64,000 bases of DNA from Thermoplasmata archaeon (GTDB lineage Archaea; Thermoplasmatota; Thermoplasmata; Lutacidiplasmatales; UBA184): assembly GCA_030041075.1 (NCBI GenBank), contig JASHOP010000099.1:3852-67851 (forward strand), in the 5' to 3' direction. Shown in pieces: positions 16,691-26,362 of this stretch (position 1 is the first letter of the stretch; every line of letters begins with the position of its first letter). The notes beneath the pieces were generated by a model. The model was not told where the DNA came from and searched no databases. It saw nothing but the letters and a program-made list of their open reading frames with translations. Position numbers and translations under genes: made by a program.

Positions 16691-17828
16691 TCGTCTGCCA
16701 TTGGGTCAGGTTCGTCGCGATATCGCTCGGGGTCTCGCCCGCGGTGTACACGTTCAGTGGGGAGATCGACGACGGCGGGATCAGCGGGGCGTAGATCGAT
16801 GGCAGGGGCACCGTATCGTTCGCCGGGTACTCCCACTCGTTCAGCGGGATCTCGGACTGGACGGTCCCGTTGAGGAAGTAGTTGATGAACTCCTGATCGA
16901 GGGCGAGATGGTGGGTGCCGGCGACGATCCCGATCCCGTAGATCGTCTCCCAGCTGTAGAGGGTGCCGTTCCAAAGGCTCACCGTCGTGTTGAAGAAGTC
17001 GCCCTCGCCGTAGTACACCGCGGACGCGGGGTCGGTGGTGTAGCTCACGACCATCGGCTCGGTCCCCCCGACGAAGTCGGTGTTGAACGCCGTGCCCCAG
17101 GTGCCGGCGTCGGTCGCGTACGGGAGCACGTCGTTCCAGAAGTCGGTCCAGTCGTCGTGGAGGACGTGCTCGTAGAACTCCACGGTCCACGCCAAGAACT
17201 CCTCCCCGGTGATGTCGAACATCGGGTCCTCGTAGATCAGGGCCCGCGCCCAGCTCGCGTTGGTCGTGAAGTTCACGAGCGACGAGTTCGCGATCGCGCC
17301 GTCGGTCGCCAGGGCGAACGCGTCCGTGTAATCGATGCCCAGGAAGCCGTACTCGTACGGCGTGACGTAGTGGCCGGGGGAGAGCGCGTCCACGACCGAG
17401 GCGTTGATCGCGGCGAGCTGGGGTGAGGCGTACGGGACCAGGAGACCGAGGTTCTCCGCCTGGGGAGCGGTCAGCTCGTCCAGCCCGATGACGAGGTCGG
17501 CGAGCGGGGAACTCTCCTGGCTCTCCAGCGTCGTGACGAGGGTGCCGCTCGGGCATTCGACCTCGATCGGTATGTCGTGGGCGGCGGAGAAATTCGCGAG
17601 GAGGCCCGCGAGCGGCGGGCCACCGCAGCTGACCGATCCCAGGAGCCCGGGGTAGGTGTAGATGACGAGCGGGGCCGGGCCCAGGTGCGCGGTGTAGTAC
17701 TGGTAGCCCCCGATCGTCGCGACGGTGACCGCGGTGACGATCGCGACGGCGATGACGACGCGCCCCGCCCCCCCGGGCCGTCGGAGCGGGCGAACGGTCG
17801 AAGCGAACCCGCCGATCCGATGGGTCAT
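16665..17828 (-). CDS. ABC transporter periplasmic-type substrate-binding protein (iron(III)/thiamine-type SBP family), N-terminal TM anchor
   Basis: MTHRIGGFAST...VVIAVAIVTAVTVATIGGY anchor followed by an SBP-like fold. It is first in the SBP-permease-ATPase operon. Substrate not determinable from sequence alone. Confidence 0.65.
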   Translation of the reverse strand: MTHRIGGFASTVRPLRRPGGAGRVVIAVAIVTAVTVATIGGYQYYTAHLGPAPLVIYTYPGLLGSVSCGGPPLAGLLANFSAAHDIPIEVECPSGTLVTTLESQESSPLADLVIGLDELTAPQAENLGLLVPYASPQLAAINASVVDALSPGHYVTPYEYGFLGIDYTDAFALATDGAIANSSLVNFTTNASWARALIYEDPMFDITGEEFLAWTVEFYEHVLHDDWTDFWNDVLPYATDAGTWGTAFNTDFVGGTEPMVVSYTTDPASAVYYGEGDFFNTTVSLWNGTLYSWETIYGIGIVAGTHHLALDQEFINYFLNGTVQSEIPLNEWEYPANDTVPLPSIYAPLIPPSSISPLNVYTAGETPSDIATNLTQWQTTWESLGGA

Positions 17829-18013
17829 GCCCTCCGCGCGCCGGCGGATGGCTCGCCTACGAACCGCATCGCGTTCCCTTCGCGGGCATTATCCCGTGCA
17901 GGTTCGTGGGGTCGACGGGCGCTACCCGTCCTCTCAGCCGGTGCACAGCTCCCCCTGCATCGTGGGCACCGGGCGTCGAGATAAAACGTCTCGTCCGCGC
18001 GACGTGAGGCACG

Positions 18014-18022
18014 GCTTATACG
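18014..18022 (+). promoter_or_regulatory. TATA-like box (GCTTATACG) about 35 nt upstream of pdxS
   Basis: AT-rich element in GC-rich spacer. A second A-rich element is at 17977-17987. Confidence 0.3.
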
Positions 18023-18055
18023 GGGCCCGCTCCTTAGCGAGGGCGAGGATCGCCC

Positions 18056-19003
18056 ATGCCGGACCCGATCGAGAGCCTCCGCTTCGGAACGGAGCTCCTC
18101 AAGCGCGGCTTTGCCCGCATGCAGCAGGGGGGCGTCATCATGGACGTCACCACCGCCGAGCAGGCGGCGATCGCGGAGGAGGCGGGAGCGGTCGCGGTGA
18201 TGGCACTGGAACGGGTCCCGGCCGACATTCGGGCGGCCGGGGGCGTCGCCCGGATGGCCGACCCGCTCCGGGTCCGGGAGATCCGCGACCGGGTGAGCAT
18301 CCCGGTGATGGCGAAGTGCCGTATCGGTCACACCGCCGAGGCCCGGATCCTGGAGTCGCTCGGGGTCGACATGGTCGACGAGTCGGAGGTGCTGACCCCG
18401 GCCGACCCGTTCCGCCACGTTGACAAGAAGACGTTCAAGGTCCCGTTCGTCTGCGGCGCGCGCAACCTGGGGGAGGCGCTGCGCCGCGTCGAGGAGGGGG
18501 CCGCGATGATCCGGACCAAGGGCGAGGCGGGCACCGGCAACGTGATCGAGGCGGTGCGCCACATCCGCCAGATCTCCTCCGAGGTCGAGGAGGTCAGGAA
18601 GCTCGCGAAGCGGGACGTTCCGGCCTGGGCGAAGAACGAGCGGGTCTCCGAGGAGGTCGTCCAGGAGGTCCGGTCGCTCGGCCGGCTCCCGGTCGTGAAC
18701 TTTGCCGCGGGGGGGATCGCGACGCCGGCCGACGCCGCGCTATGCCGCCTCCTCGGCGTCGACGGGCTGTTCGTCGGGAGCGGGATCTTCAAGTCCCAGC
18801 AGCCGATGAAGGTGGCCCGGGCGATCGTGGAGGCGTCGCTCCACTACGACGACCCGGCGGTCCTCGCGCGCGCGTCGACGGGACTCGGCGAGCTCATGCG
18901 CGGCCTCGAGATCGGCGCCCTTCCGGCCGACGCCCTGTTCCAGACGCGGGAGTCCGCGCCGATCGCCGCGGAGGCGCGACGCCGCGACCCGGCCGCGGCC
19001 TGA
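18056..19003 (+). CDS. pdxS: Pyridoxal 5'-phosphate synthase lyase subunit PdxS (Pdx1/SNZ)
   Basis: ...[43 protein letters not shown]...[10 protein letters not shown]...[12 protein letters not shown]... is the canonical PdxS. Confidence 0.92.
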   Translation: MPDPIESLRFGTELLKRGFARMQQGGVIMDVTTAEQAAIAEEAGAVAVMALERVPADIRAAGGVARMADPLRVREIRDRVSIPVMAKCRIGHTAEARILESLGVDMVDESEVLTPADPFRHVDKKTFKVPFVCGARNLGEALRRVEEGAAMIRTKGEAGTGNVIEAVRHIRQISSEVEEVRKLAKRDVPAWAKNERVSEEVVQEVRSLGRLPVVNFAAGGIATPADAALCRLLGVDGLFVGSGIFKSQQPMKVARAIVEASLHYDDPAVLARASTGLGELMRGLEIGALPADALFQTRESAPIAAEARRRDPAAA

Positions 19004-19067
19004 ACGCTCCCCCGCGCCGGCCGGGCCGTTCGACGGCCGTAAAGCGGGCGAGCGGCTGACCGGTCCC

Positions 19068-20201
19068 GTGCGGATCGTCCAGGTCTCGCCGTTCTTCCAC
19101 CCCCACGCGGGCGGCGTCGAGTCGCACGTCCGGTCGATCGCCGGCGAGTTCGCCCGGGAGGGCCACGAGGTCACGGTCGTCACCTCGCGCTACCGCCGCG
19201 ACCTCCCGGTCGAGGAGATGCGGGACGGCTACCGCATCGTCCGGACCCGGACGCTCGGGGTCGCGTTCAACACGCCGATCGACGTCGGCACCGGCCGGGC
19301 GCTCCGCCGCCTTCCGGCCGACGTCGTCCACCTCCACTACCCGCCGCCGCTCACGTCGTTCTTCGCGACCCGGGCGCTCGGTTCCTCGAACGTACCGGTC
19401 TGCCTCACCTACCACTGCGACCTGTCCCTCGCGGGCGTCGCGGGTCGGGCGATCGCCGGTCTCTACGAGCGCACCCTCCTCCGCCCGACGCTGAGAGGCG
19501 CCCGCCGGCTGGTCGTCCACACCCGCAGTTACGGCCTGACCTCGGCCGTGCTGCGCGGACGTGACCTCGAGGTCATTCCGTCCGTGGTCGACCTCGATCG
19601 GTTCCGGCCGGGCCTCGACCCGGGCGACCTGCGGACCCGCCTCGGCCTCGACGGGAAGCGGGTCCTCGTGTTCACCGGGCGCCTCGTGTCGCACAAGGGC
19701 GTCGACGTCATTCTCCACGCGCTCCGGGAGCTCCCGGCGGACGTGGTCCTCGTCGTGATCGGCTCCGGCCCGCGGCTGCGCGATCTCGCGGCGCTCGCGC
19801 GACGGATCGGGGTCCTTCCCCGGGTGCGCTTCTGCCCCGGCGTCTCCGACGCCGACCTCCCGCGGTACCTCGCGCTCGCCCAGGTGTTCGTCTTCCCGTC
19901 CCAGAACCGACTGGAGGGATTCGGGCTCGCGGTCGCGGAGGCGATGGCGTCGGGCCTCCCGGTCGTCGTCGCCGACGTGCCCGGCGTGCGCGAGGTGATC
20001 GAGGACGGCAAGGAGGGGCTGCTCGCGGAGCCGCTCCTCGCGTCCGACATCGCCCACAAGGCGACCCGGCTACTCGACGACCCGGCGCTCGCGCGGACGA
20101 TGGGCGCGGCCGCGCGACGGAGAGCCGAGCAGCGCTACGGCCTGGCGACCGTCGCGCACGATCTCATCCGGCTGTACGAAGGCCTAGCCGCAGCTGGTTG
20201 A
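19068..20201 (+). CDS. Glycosyltransferase family 4 (GT4, RfaB-like)
   Basis: N-terminal MRIVQVSPFFHPHAGGVESHV and C-terminal ...FVFPSQNRLEGFGLAVAEAMASGLPVVVADVPGVREVIEDGKEGLL are GT4 hallmarks. Confidence 0.8.
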   Translation: MRIVQVSPFFHPHAGGVESHVRSIAGEFAREGHEVTVVTSRYRRDLPVEEMRDGYRIVRTRTLGVAFNTPIDVGTGRALRRLPADVVHLHYPPPLTSFFATRALGSSNVPVCLTYHCDLSLAGVAGRAIAGLYERTLLRPTLRGARRLVVHTRSYGLTSAVLRGRDLEVIPSVVDLDRFRPGLDPGDLRTRLGLDGKRVLVFTGRLVSHKGVDVILHALRELPADVVLVVIGSGPRLRDLAALARRIGVLPRVRFCPGVSDADLPRYLALAQVFVFPSQNRLEGFGLAVAEAMASGLPVVVADVPGVREVIEDGKEGLLAEPLLASDIAHKATRLLDDPALARTMGAAARRRAEQRYGLATVAHDLIRLYEGLAAAG

Positions 20202-21009
20202 TCTGGAGCTTGAGCCGCGCGGCCTCCTTGCCGGCGGCGCGCTTCCAGTCGGGGCCGTCCGAGGCGTACAGGATGCTTCGGGACGCGTTCACGAGGAGGC
20301 CCCGCCCGTGCGCGTCCACCCCCTCGCGGACCGTGTTCGCCAGCGAGCCGCCCTGGGCGCCGACCCCGGGGACGAGGATCGGGATCCCGTTCCCGAGCGT
20401 CGCCCGCGCCGCGCGGAGCCCCTCGGAGAACGTCGCCCCGATCACGGCGCCCACGTTGCCGTGGGCGTGCGCGAGGCGCCGGACCTCCCCGACAACGGCG
20501 ACCCAGAGCGGGCCCCGGGGCGTCGGGATCTCCTGGAAGTCCCCCGACCCCGGGTTCGAGGAGTGCGCCACGACGAAGATTCCGTGGGCCGGGTCCTCGA
20601 GGAACGGCGCGAGCGTCTCCCACCCGTTCCACGGCGTCACGGTGACCGCGTCGAATCCGAACTCCCGGAACGCCCCGTCGCGGATCATCCGCATCGTGTT
20701 CGGGATGTCGTTCGCCTTGAGGTCGAGGATCCGGAGCCGGCTGGGGCCGATCTTTCGGGTCCACCGGACGAGCGCTTCGATCCCGTCGGGACCGTACTGG
20801 AAGTAGGACCCGAGCTGCATCTTGTAGGCGGCCGCGTGGGGATACGTCGCCGAGACGATCCCGCTGAGGAACCGCTCGAGCTGCGTCCGGGGCGACAGGC
20901 GCCTAAGGCCCCGCGGCAGCGACGACGGGTCGGGGTCGAGCCCGACGCACACGAGCGAGTTCCGCTGCCGCAGCACCCGGTCGGCCCGCTGGTTGAACTT
21001 GAGCGGCAC
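20164..21009 (-). CDS. pyrF: Orotidine 5'-phosphate decarboxylase (long/type-2 form)
   Basis: ...SLVCVGLDPDP...ILDLKANDIPNTM...AVTVTPWNGWE... It converges on and overlaps the 3' end of the GT4 gene by about 38 nt. Confidence 0.8.
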   Translation of the reverse strand: MPLKFNQRADRVLRQRNSLVCVGLDPDPSSLPRGLRRLSPRTQLERFLSGIVSATYPHAAAYKMQLGSYFQYGPDGIEALVRWTRKIGPSRLRILDLKANDIPNTMRMIRDGAFREFGFDAVTVTPWNGWETLAPFLEDPAHGIFVVAHSSNPGSGDFQEIPTPRGPLWVAVVGEVRRLAHAHGNVGAVIGATFSEGLRAARATLGNGIPILVPGVGAQGGSLANTVREGVDAHGRGLLVNASRSILYASDGPDWKRAAGKEAARLKLQINQLRLGLRTAG

Positions 21010-21153
21010 CGACCGCCGGGAGGATACGCTCCTCTAAACGTTTGAGCATGGTGAGGGTGGATGCGGTTCCCCGGACGCCGGCGCTCGACGTCCACCGTTC
21101 CGCGGCCGGACGACGGTTTTAACAGGACCACCGCTCCCGGCCGGTCGTACGAC

Positions 21154-22320
21154 ATGACCGCGGACGGCACCCCCTCGACCCCGGCGGAGGTCCGGCTGCG
21201 CGACGTCCGACCGACGACCGTCCCAATCGAGGTTGTCGGGACGATCATCTCGCTGGAGCGGAAGGAGATCACGCGACGCTCCGACGGGCTCCGACGCCCA
21301 CTCCTCTCGGGCCGGCTGAGCGACGGCACCGCCACCGTCCGGTTCACCTGGTGGGACCCGCCGCGCGAAACGATCGACCGGGGGACGATCCTGCGAGCGA
21401 CCGGCGTCGAGGTCACCGAGTTCCGGGGGCGCCCGGAGCTCACGTTCACCTGGAGGACCCGCGTCGGTCCCGCGGGGCCGGCCGAGCTGCCGTTGGCCGA
21501 CCCTAACGCGACGCCGCGGATGGCCGTCCACGAGCTTCGGCCCTCGGACGAGGGGTTCCGGGTGGAGGTGCGCGTCGTGCGGGTCACCGAGCGAACGGTG
21601 AGCGTCGGCGAGGAGCGCCGAGTCGTCTACGACGGACTCGTCGGGGACCGCTCGGGCGTCGTCGCCCTTTCCGCCTGGAGCGACTTCGCCCTGAAGGTCG
21701 GCGAGTCCGTGCGGATCGCGGGGGGGTACGTTCGAGCGTTCCGGGGACGCCCGCAGCTCGTCGTCGACGAGCGCGCCACGGTGACGCGCATCGCCGCCCC
21801 GGATCTTCCGGAGGCGGCCGAGCTGGCGCGGTCGCCGCTCCGGACCATAGCCCAGCTCGAGGACGCGGGCGGCGGCGAGGTCGTGGCGGTCGAGGGGATC
21901 GTGGTGGGACTCCTTCCCCCGAGCGGCGTCGTCTACCGCTGCCCGAGCTGCCGTCGGTCGGTCACGAGCGGGATCTGCCGGATCCACGGCCAGGTCGAAG
22001 GGTACGTCGATCTGAGGGCCCGGATCGTCCTGGATGACGGAACGGGAGCGGTCACGATCTCGGCCGGCCGGGCCGCCACCGAGGAGCTGTGGGGGGTGTC
22101 GCTCGAGGAGGCCCGGCTACGGCTGCGCGAGCAGCCCGACCCGACCGTGCTCGAGGAGGAGCTGTTCGAGGCGCTCCTGGGCCGCCGCCTGCGGATCCGC
22201 GGGAGCGCGACCCAGGACGACTTCGGCATCACGGTTCACCCCGAGTCGATCGAGCGGGCGGAGGTCGACCTCGACGCCGCCGCGGACGAACTCGGCGCCC
22301 GGGTCGGGCCCCGGAACTGA
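21154..22320 (+). CDS. rpa: Replication factor A (RPA/SSB) with OB folds and C4-type Zn ribbon
   Basis: OB-fold repeats plus CPSCRR...CRIHG zinc ribbon. Stop overlaps the next gene start (TGATG). Confidence 0.75.
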   Translation: MTADGTPSTPAEVRLRDVRPTTVPIEVVGTIISLERKEITRRSDGLRRPLLSGRLSDGTATVRFTWWDPPRETIDRGTILRATGVEVTEFRGRPELTFTWRTRVGPAGPAELPLADPNATPRMAVHELRPSDEGFRVEVRVVRVTERTVSVGEERRVVYDGLVGDRSGVVALSAWSDFALKVGESVRIAGGYVRAFRGRPQLVVDERATVTRIAAPDLPEAAELARSPLRTIAQLEDAGGGEVVAVEGIVVGLLPPSGVVYRCPSCRRSVTSGICRIHGQVEGYVDLRARIVLDDGTGAVTISAGRAATEELWGVSLEEARLRLREQPDPTVLEEELFEALLGRRLRIRGSATQDDFGITVHPESIERAEVDLDAAADELGARVGPRN

Positions 22321-23243
22321 TGGCCGCTCGGGAGACCGCGTGGCGCGTCACGGCCCGCGAGCTCGAGAGCTCGCTCGAGGAGGAGAAGGGGGCGGGCGAG
22401 CGATCTCCCACGTACCTCGTGAGCCCGTTCGGGGCCCGCATGAGCCGCGTGCTCCTCGCGGGCACGCTCTCGCCGGGCGAGCCGATCGGACGCGACCCGG
22501 CCACGGCGTTCTGGCGGGCCCGCTTCTCCGACGCGACCGGGGCCGTCGCGGTCACCGCGGGCAGCTTCCAGCCCCGGGCCATGGCCCAGGTACGATCGGC
22601 GACCGCCTCGCGGCCGGCGGTCGTGGTGGGACGCACGCACCTGTATCGGGGTCGGGACGGGGTCGCGAGCGTCTCCGTCCGGGCGGAGGGGGTCCGCTCG
22701 CTCGCGGAGGGCGAGGAGCGCGGCCTGCTCGCCGACATCGTCCGCCAGACGCTCGACCGGCTGGATCTGGTCGAGCGGCTCGAGAAGGAGCCGCACGTCG
22801 CCGAGGCGGCCCTCCGGGCGGACGGCGTCCCGAGCGCCTGGATCAGGGCCGGTCGCGAGGCGCTCCGACGTTATCCGAACGCGGACCGCGGGGCGTTCCG
22901 ACGGGAGCTGCGGTCGGCGATCCGCCACGTCGCCGGGGAGTTCGGACCGGTCCGGTCGCCCTCCCCGACGCCGGGTTCGGTGACGCGGACCGTGGCGCGC
23001 CCCGCCGGACCCGCCGCCCCCCCACCCACGGCCGAGGAGCGGGGGGAGGAGTCGGTGTTCCTTGGCTTGGTGGACGAGGTGTCCGAGCGGTCCGCGGACG
23101 GCTACGCGGACCTCAAGGAGGTCATCCTCCGGAGCGCGGAGCGGGGACTCGCGTCGGCGCGGGCCGAGGCCGCGCTCTCCCGGCTCGAGGAGGAAGGCGT
23201 TCTCGAGGAGCCGATCGTGGGCAAGCTGCGCCGGGCGGAGTAG
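22320..23243 (+). CDS. RPA-associated protein (RPA32-like OB fold + C-terminal winged helix)
   Basis: MAARETAWRVTARELESSLEEEKGAGERSPTYLVSPFGARMSRVLLAGTL... is the OB-fold N-terminus typical of archaeal RPA32/RPAP. It is translationally coupled to rpa. Confidence 0.65.
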   Translation: MAARETAWRVTARELESSLEEEKGAGERSPTYLVSPFGARMSRVLLAGTLSPGEPIGRDPATAFWRARFSDATGAVAVTAGSFQPRAMAQVRSATASRPAVVVGRTHLYRGRDGVASVSVRAEGVRSLAEGEERGLLADIVRQTLDRLDLVERLEKEPHVAEAALRADGVPSAWIRAGREALRRYPNADRGAFRRELRSAIRHVAGEFGPVRSPSPTPGSVTRTVARPAGPAAPPPTAEERGEESVFLGLVDEVSERSADGYADLKEVILRSAERGLASARAEAALSRLEEEGVLEEPIVGKLRRAE

Positions 23244-23442
23244 GCGCGCCTCGAACGGTCCGCCGAGGTCCGCTCGCGCCCCGCGGGGGGCGCGCCGCGC
23301 CGTCGCGCAGGCGTCCGGCGTTCCCGAGGATATATATGCCCGCCAGTCTCGGGGCGCGGGGGAATGAGGAACACCTGTCTCTCCGAATCGATGACGAGAC
23401 CAGCGAAGAGCTGACCCCCGCCCGCACACCGAAGCCAAGCCG

Positions 23443-24363
23443 ATGTCCGAACGGTCCCCCTCGCTGCGGCTGATCGCCGTCCTCGCCGTCGTGACGGTCG
23501 TCGCCGCCGCGATTGGGGGGGGCGTGCTGTACGAGCGCACCCATCCGAAGCCCCCCGCGGGACCCGAGACGGTCGTCGTCGGGGACAACGTGACGGTGAA
23601 CTACATCGGGATCTTCGGGAGCGGTCCTCAGGAGGGGCTCGTTTTCGACACCTCGATCCAGTCGGTGGCGAAGAACAACGCCACCTACCCGAAGTCACTC
23701 CAGTACTCGCCCCGGAGCCCGGGACAGTACGTCCCGCTGGCCGTCCACGTGGGTCCCGACACGCCCGCCGCGGGCTACACCGTGGGAAACTACACGTTCG
23801 GAGGCGTCGTCACCGGTTTCTGGCAGGGGCTCCTCGGGCTCGCGGTGAACCAGACCCGGTGGGCGACCGTGACCCCGGCGCTCGGCTACGGCTCGTTGAA
23901 CCAGAGCTGTCTCCAGACCGACCCCCTCAACTTCACCGTCCCGGTGGTCGTCGTCGACTCCCCCACCCAGTTCAACGCCAGCTACCCGGGAGTCGTCGCG
24001 CAGGCCGGTGTGGAGTTCCCGGACCCTGTCTACGGGTGGACGGACCTCGTCTTCAGCGCGAACGCAAGCGCGGTCGTCGTCGAGAACCTGCCGAGCCTCG
24101 GGTGGTCCATCTCGCCGAGCGGGTGGCCGATCACGGTCACCGACCTTTCGTCGACGACGATCACCCTCACGAACGAGCTGACCCCCGCGAAGGACGGGCT
24201 CGTCGGGGGCAACACGACCGGCCCCGAGGTCTGCGACACGGCGGACTACATCGTCTCGTCCGTCGACCTGGCGAACGACACCTACGTGCGCGACTTCAAC
24301 CGGGAGGTCGTCGGCCAGACGTTGATCTTCGTCGTGACGGTGACCGCCATCAACCCCACGTAG
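23443..24363 (+). CDS. Membrane-anchored extracellular FKBP-type peptidyl-prolyl cis-trans isomerase with extra C-terminal domain
   Basis: N-terminal TM (LIAVLAVVTVVAAAIGG) then VVVGDNVTVNYIGIFGSGPQEGLVFDTS...GLLGLAVNQTRWATVTPALGYG is the FKBP signature. Multiple N-glycosylation sequons. Confidence 0.65.
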   Translation: MSERSPSLRLIAVLAVVTVVAAAIGGGVLYERTHPKPPAGPETVVVGDNVTVNYIGIFGSGPQEGLVFDTSIQSVAKNNATYPKSLQYSPRSPGQYVPLAVHVGPDTPAAGYTVGNYTFGGVVTGFWQGLLGLAVNQTRWATVTPALGYGSLNQSCLQTDPLNFTVPVVVVDSPTQFNASYPGVVAQAGVEFPDPVYGWTDLVFSANASAVVVENLPSLGWSISPSGWPITVTDLSSTTITLTNELTPAKDGLVGGNTTGPEVCDTADYIVSSVDLANDTYVRDFNREVVGQTLIFVVTVTAINPT

Positions 24364-24374
24364 TCGGACGGCGC

Positions 24375-25277
24375 CTAGCCGCCGAGCGTGACCTTGCCGC
24401 GCTTCATCAGCTCCTCGAGGTGCGACTCCGCGATCGCGGTCGGGTCGGCCCGCCGGGTCGCGGGCCTCGGGCGCTCGTACTCCTTGAGGATCCGCCGGGC
24501 GTCCTCCCGTCGGGTCCGGGAGCGGGCCAGAAGCTCGCGTCCCTCCCGCTCGATCGAGTCGATCTCGCGCGAGAGGCCATCGACCTGGGTCATCAGCTCG
24601 GCCCGGGAGCGGCCGGCGGCCCGCATCTCCGCGACCAGCGCCCCGGCGGTCCCGAGCTTGGCCCGGATCTCGACCATCCGCTTGTCGCGTTCGGTCCGGG
24701 CGAGAGCCATCTCCGCCACGATCCGCTCCACCTCGGCGCGGGCGGCGACGATCGTCTCCTCGGCCTCGCGTCGCTGGCGCTCGTGCTCGGCGGCGATAGC
24801 CTTGCGCGACTCGATGTGCTCGAGGTCCTTCGCCTTCTGTCGCAGCTCGGCGATCAGGGCGTTCTCCTCCTCGATGGGGAGCGCGCGGGTCTGCTGGCGG
24901 AGCTCGAGCTCCGCCATCGCCTTGCGGACCTGGTCGGGGTTCTGGCGTTCCGTCCGATCGAACGTCAGCACGAGTTCGCGCCGGCGCACCACCGCCTCCT
25001 CGAGCTGCTGGCGGGCCTTCTCGCACCCTCGGCGCAGCTCGGGGAGCAGCTTCCCCAGGTGCGCGAACTCGTCGTGGAGCCGCTCGACGTCCGCCTGGGG
25101 GGCCTGGCGCTGGTTGTAGAGCTCCTTCTGCTTGGTGGAAAGGGCCCGCACCTGGGCGATGAGGTCGCGGCGTCGGTCCAGAAGCTCGTTCAGCCGGCCC
25201 TCGAGCTGGCGGAGCCGGTCCCGTTCCTCGCGATCCTCCCGCTGCCACTGCTCGGAGAGGACGGCGCGTGGCGCCAC
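24375..25277 (-). CDS. Archaeal coiled-coil protein (COG1340-like), about 300 aa; start approximate (GTG)
   Basis: Heptad-rich sequence ...REDREERDRLRQLEGRLNELLDRRRDLIAQVRALSTKQKELYNQRQ...AELELRQQTRALPIEEENALIAELRQKAKDLEHIESRKAIAAEHERQRREAEETIVAARAEVE.... Upstream part of the tracked ORF is spurious and overlaps larB. Confidence 0.55.
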   Translation of the reverse strand: MAPRAVLSEQWQREDREERDRLRQLEGRLNELLDRRRDLIAQVRALSTKQKELYNQRQAPQADVERLHDEFAHLGKLLPELRRGCEKARQQLEEAVVRRRELVLTFDRTERQNPDQVRKAMAELELRQQTRALPIEEENALIAELRQKAKDLEHIESRKAIAAEHERQRREAEETIVAARAEVERIVAEMALARTERDKRMVEIRAKLGTAGALVAEMRAAGRSRAELMTQVDGLSREIDSIEREGRELLARSRTRREDARRILKEYERPRPATRRADPTAIAESHLEELMKRGKVTLGG

Positions 25278-25594
25278 GGGACCTCGAGGCGCCGGAGGTC
25301 TCAAAAGCCCTTCGAAGGGGGGTCGACGGCGCCCCCCCCGAGTGGCCGCCCGTGGTGGGCGTCCGATATCGACCGGCGGGTGACTCCCCCGTTCCGGGGC
25401 GATCGACCGACGGGGCGGGCGCCCGCTACCCGACGCTCTCGGGGCGGTGCCGACCACGGCCCGGAAAAGGCGGAGGAGGGACGGGCGGGCGCCCGGCGAC
25501 GAGCCGCCCGCGACCCCCGAACCGCTTCGGGGACAGCGTCCGGGCGCGGAACCCCCCGCGCCGGGAGGAGGCCGGCACTCCGGAATACGGGCTC

Positions 25595-26362
25595 CTATCG
25601 ACGGCGAGGGGGGGACCGACGGCGGCCGCCCGAGCTTCGGCGCGGGGAGCGGGCGAGGTGCTGGGCGGCGAACAGGGCCGCAGGCACCGCCGCGTCGATG
25701 TTGAACACGGCGATCGGCGCGCACGACTGGAGCATGGCGGTCAACGCCGCGCGACCCCCGCCCCCTCGACCGTATCCGACCGACGTGGGGATGCCGATCA
25801 CCGGCGCCGGCACCAGCCCGGCCACGACCGTGGGCAGCGCCCCCTCCCGACCCGCGAACACGAGGTAGATCTCGGGGTGGTGCCGCTCGAGCCGACGCAG
25901 CGCTCGCATGAGCCGATGCAGGCCGGCGACGCCCACGTCGTACGCCCCCTCCACTCGGATCCCGAGCGCGACGAGCACGGCCCGGGCCTCTTCGGCGACG
26001 GCGACATCGCTCGTGCCGGCGGCGAGGACTGCCACCGTTCCCCGCCGGAAGCTCCCCCCCCACGGACCGGGTAGCTGGAGCAGCCGTCCCTCCGCGAGAG
26101 TCCGGAGGCGGAGGTTCCCTCCGGCCGGCGACGCGAGGGCGCGACGCTGGGCCCGGGTCGGGCGGGAGACCAGGGCCCCGACTCCGCGGGCGCGCAGGGC
26201 GCGTACGATCCCCCGGAGCTGCGCGACGCTCTTCCCCTCGCCGAGGATCACCTCGGGCACTCCCGTGCGGCGCGGACGGTCGCGATCGATCCGAGCGTAG
26301 CCGCTCACGACGATCTCCCGGGAGCGAGGGAGGCGACCCCTGCGTCCCGTCGGACTCGACAC
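25595..26362 (-). CDS. larB: LarB-family protein (PurE-like AIR-carboxylase-related; nickel-pincer cofactor biosynthesis carboxylase/hydrolase family, COG1691)
   Basis: N-terminal ARIDRDRPRRTGVPEVILGEGKS domain plus PurE-like ...VAVLAAGTSDVAVAEEA...VFAGREGALPTVVAGLVPAPVIGIPTSVGYG..GG.AAL.AMLQSCAPIAVFNID.... Confidence 0.7.
   Translation of the reverse strand: MSSPTGRRGRLPRSREIVVSGYARIDRDRPRRTGVPEVILGEGKSVAQLRGIVRALRARGVGALVSRPTRAQRRALASPAGGNLRLRTLAEGRLLQLPGPWGGSFRRGTVAVLAAGTSDVAVAEEARAVLVALGIRVEGAYDVGVAGLHRLMRALRRLERHHPEIYLVFAGREGALPTVVAGLVPAPVIGIPTSVGYGRGGGGRAALTAMLQSCAPIAVFNIDAAVPAALFAAQHLARSPRRSSGGRRRSPPRRR

Noticed and set aside
14465-16794. 728-aa (-) and 651-aa (+) ORFs across the ABC transporter operon
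   Set aside because: Compositionally absurd (runs of R, G, D, E). The permease and ATPase frames have clear motifs.
22236-26074. Multiple 400-670-aa ORFs (for example 23859..25868 +, 23695..25248 -, 22034..23473 +)
   Set aside because: They overlap the well-supported RPA-associated, FKBP, coiled-coil and larB genes and have non-protein-like composition.
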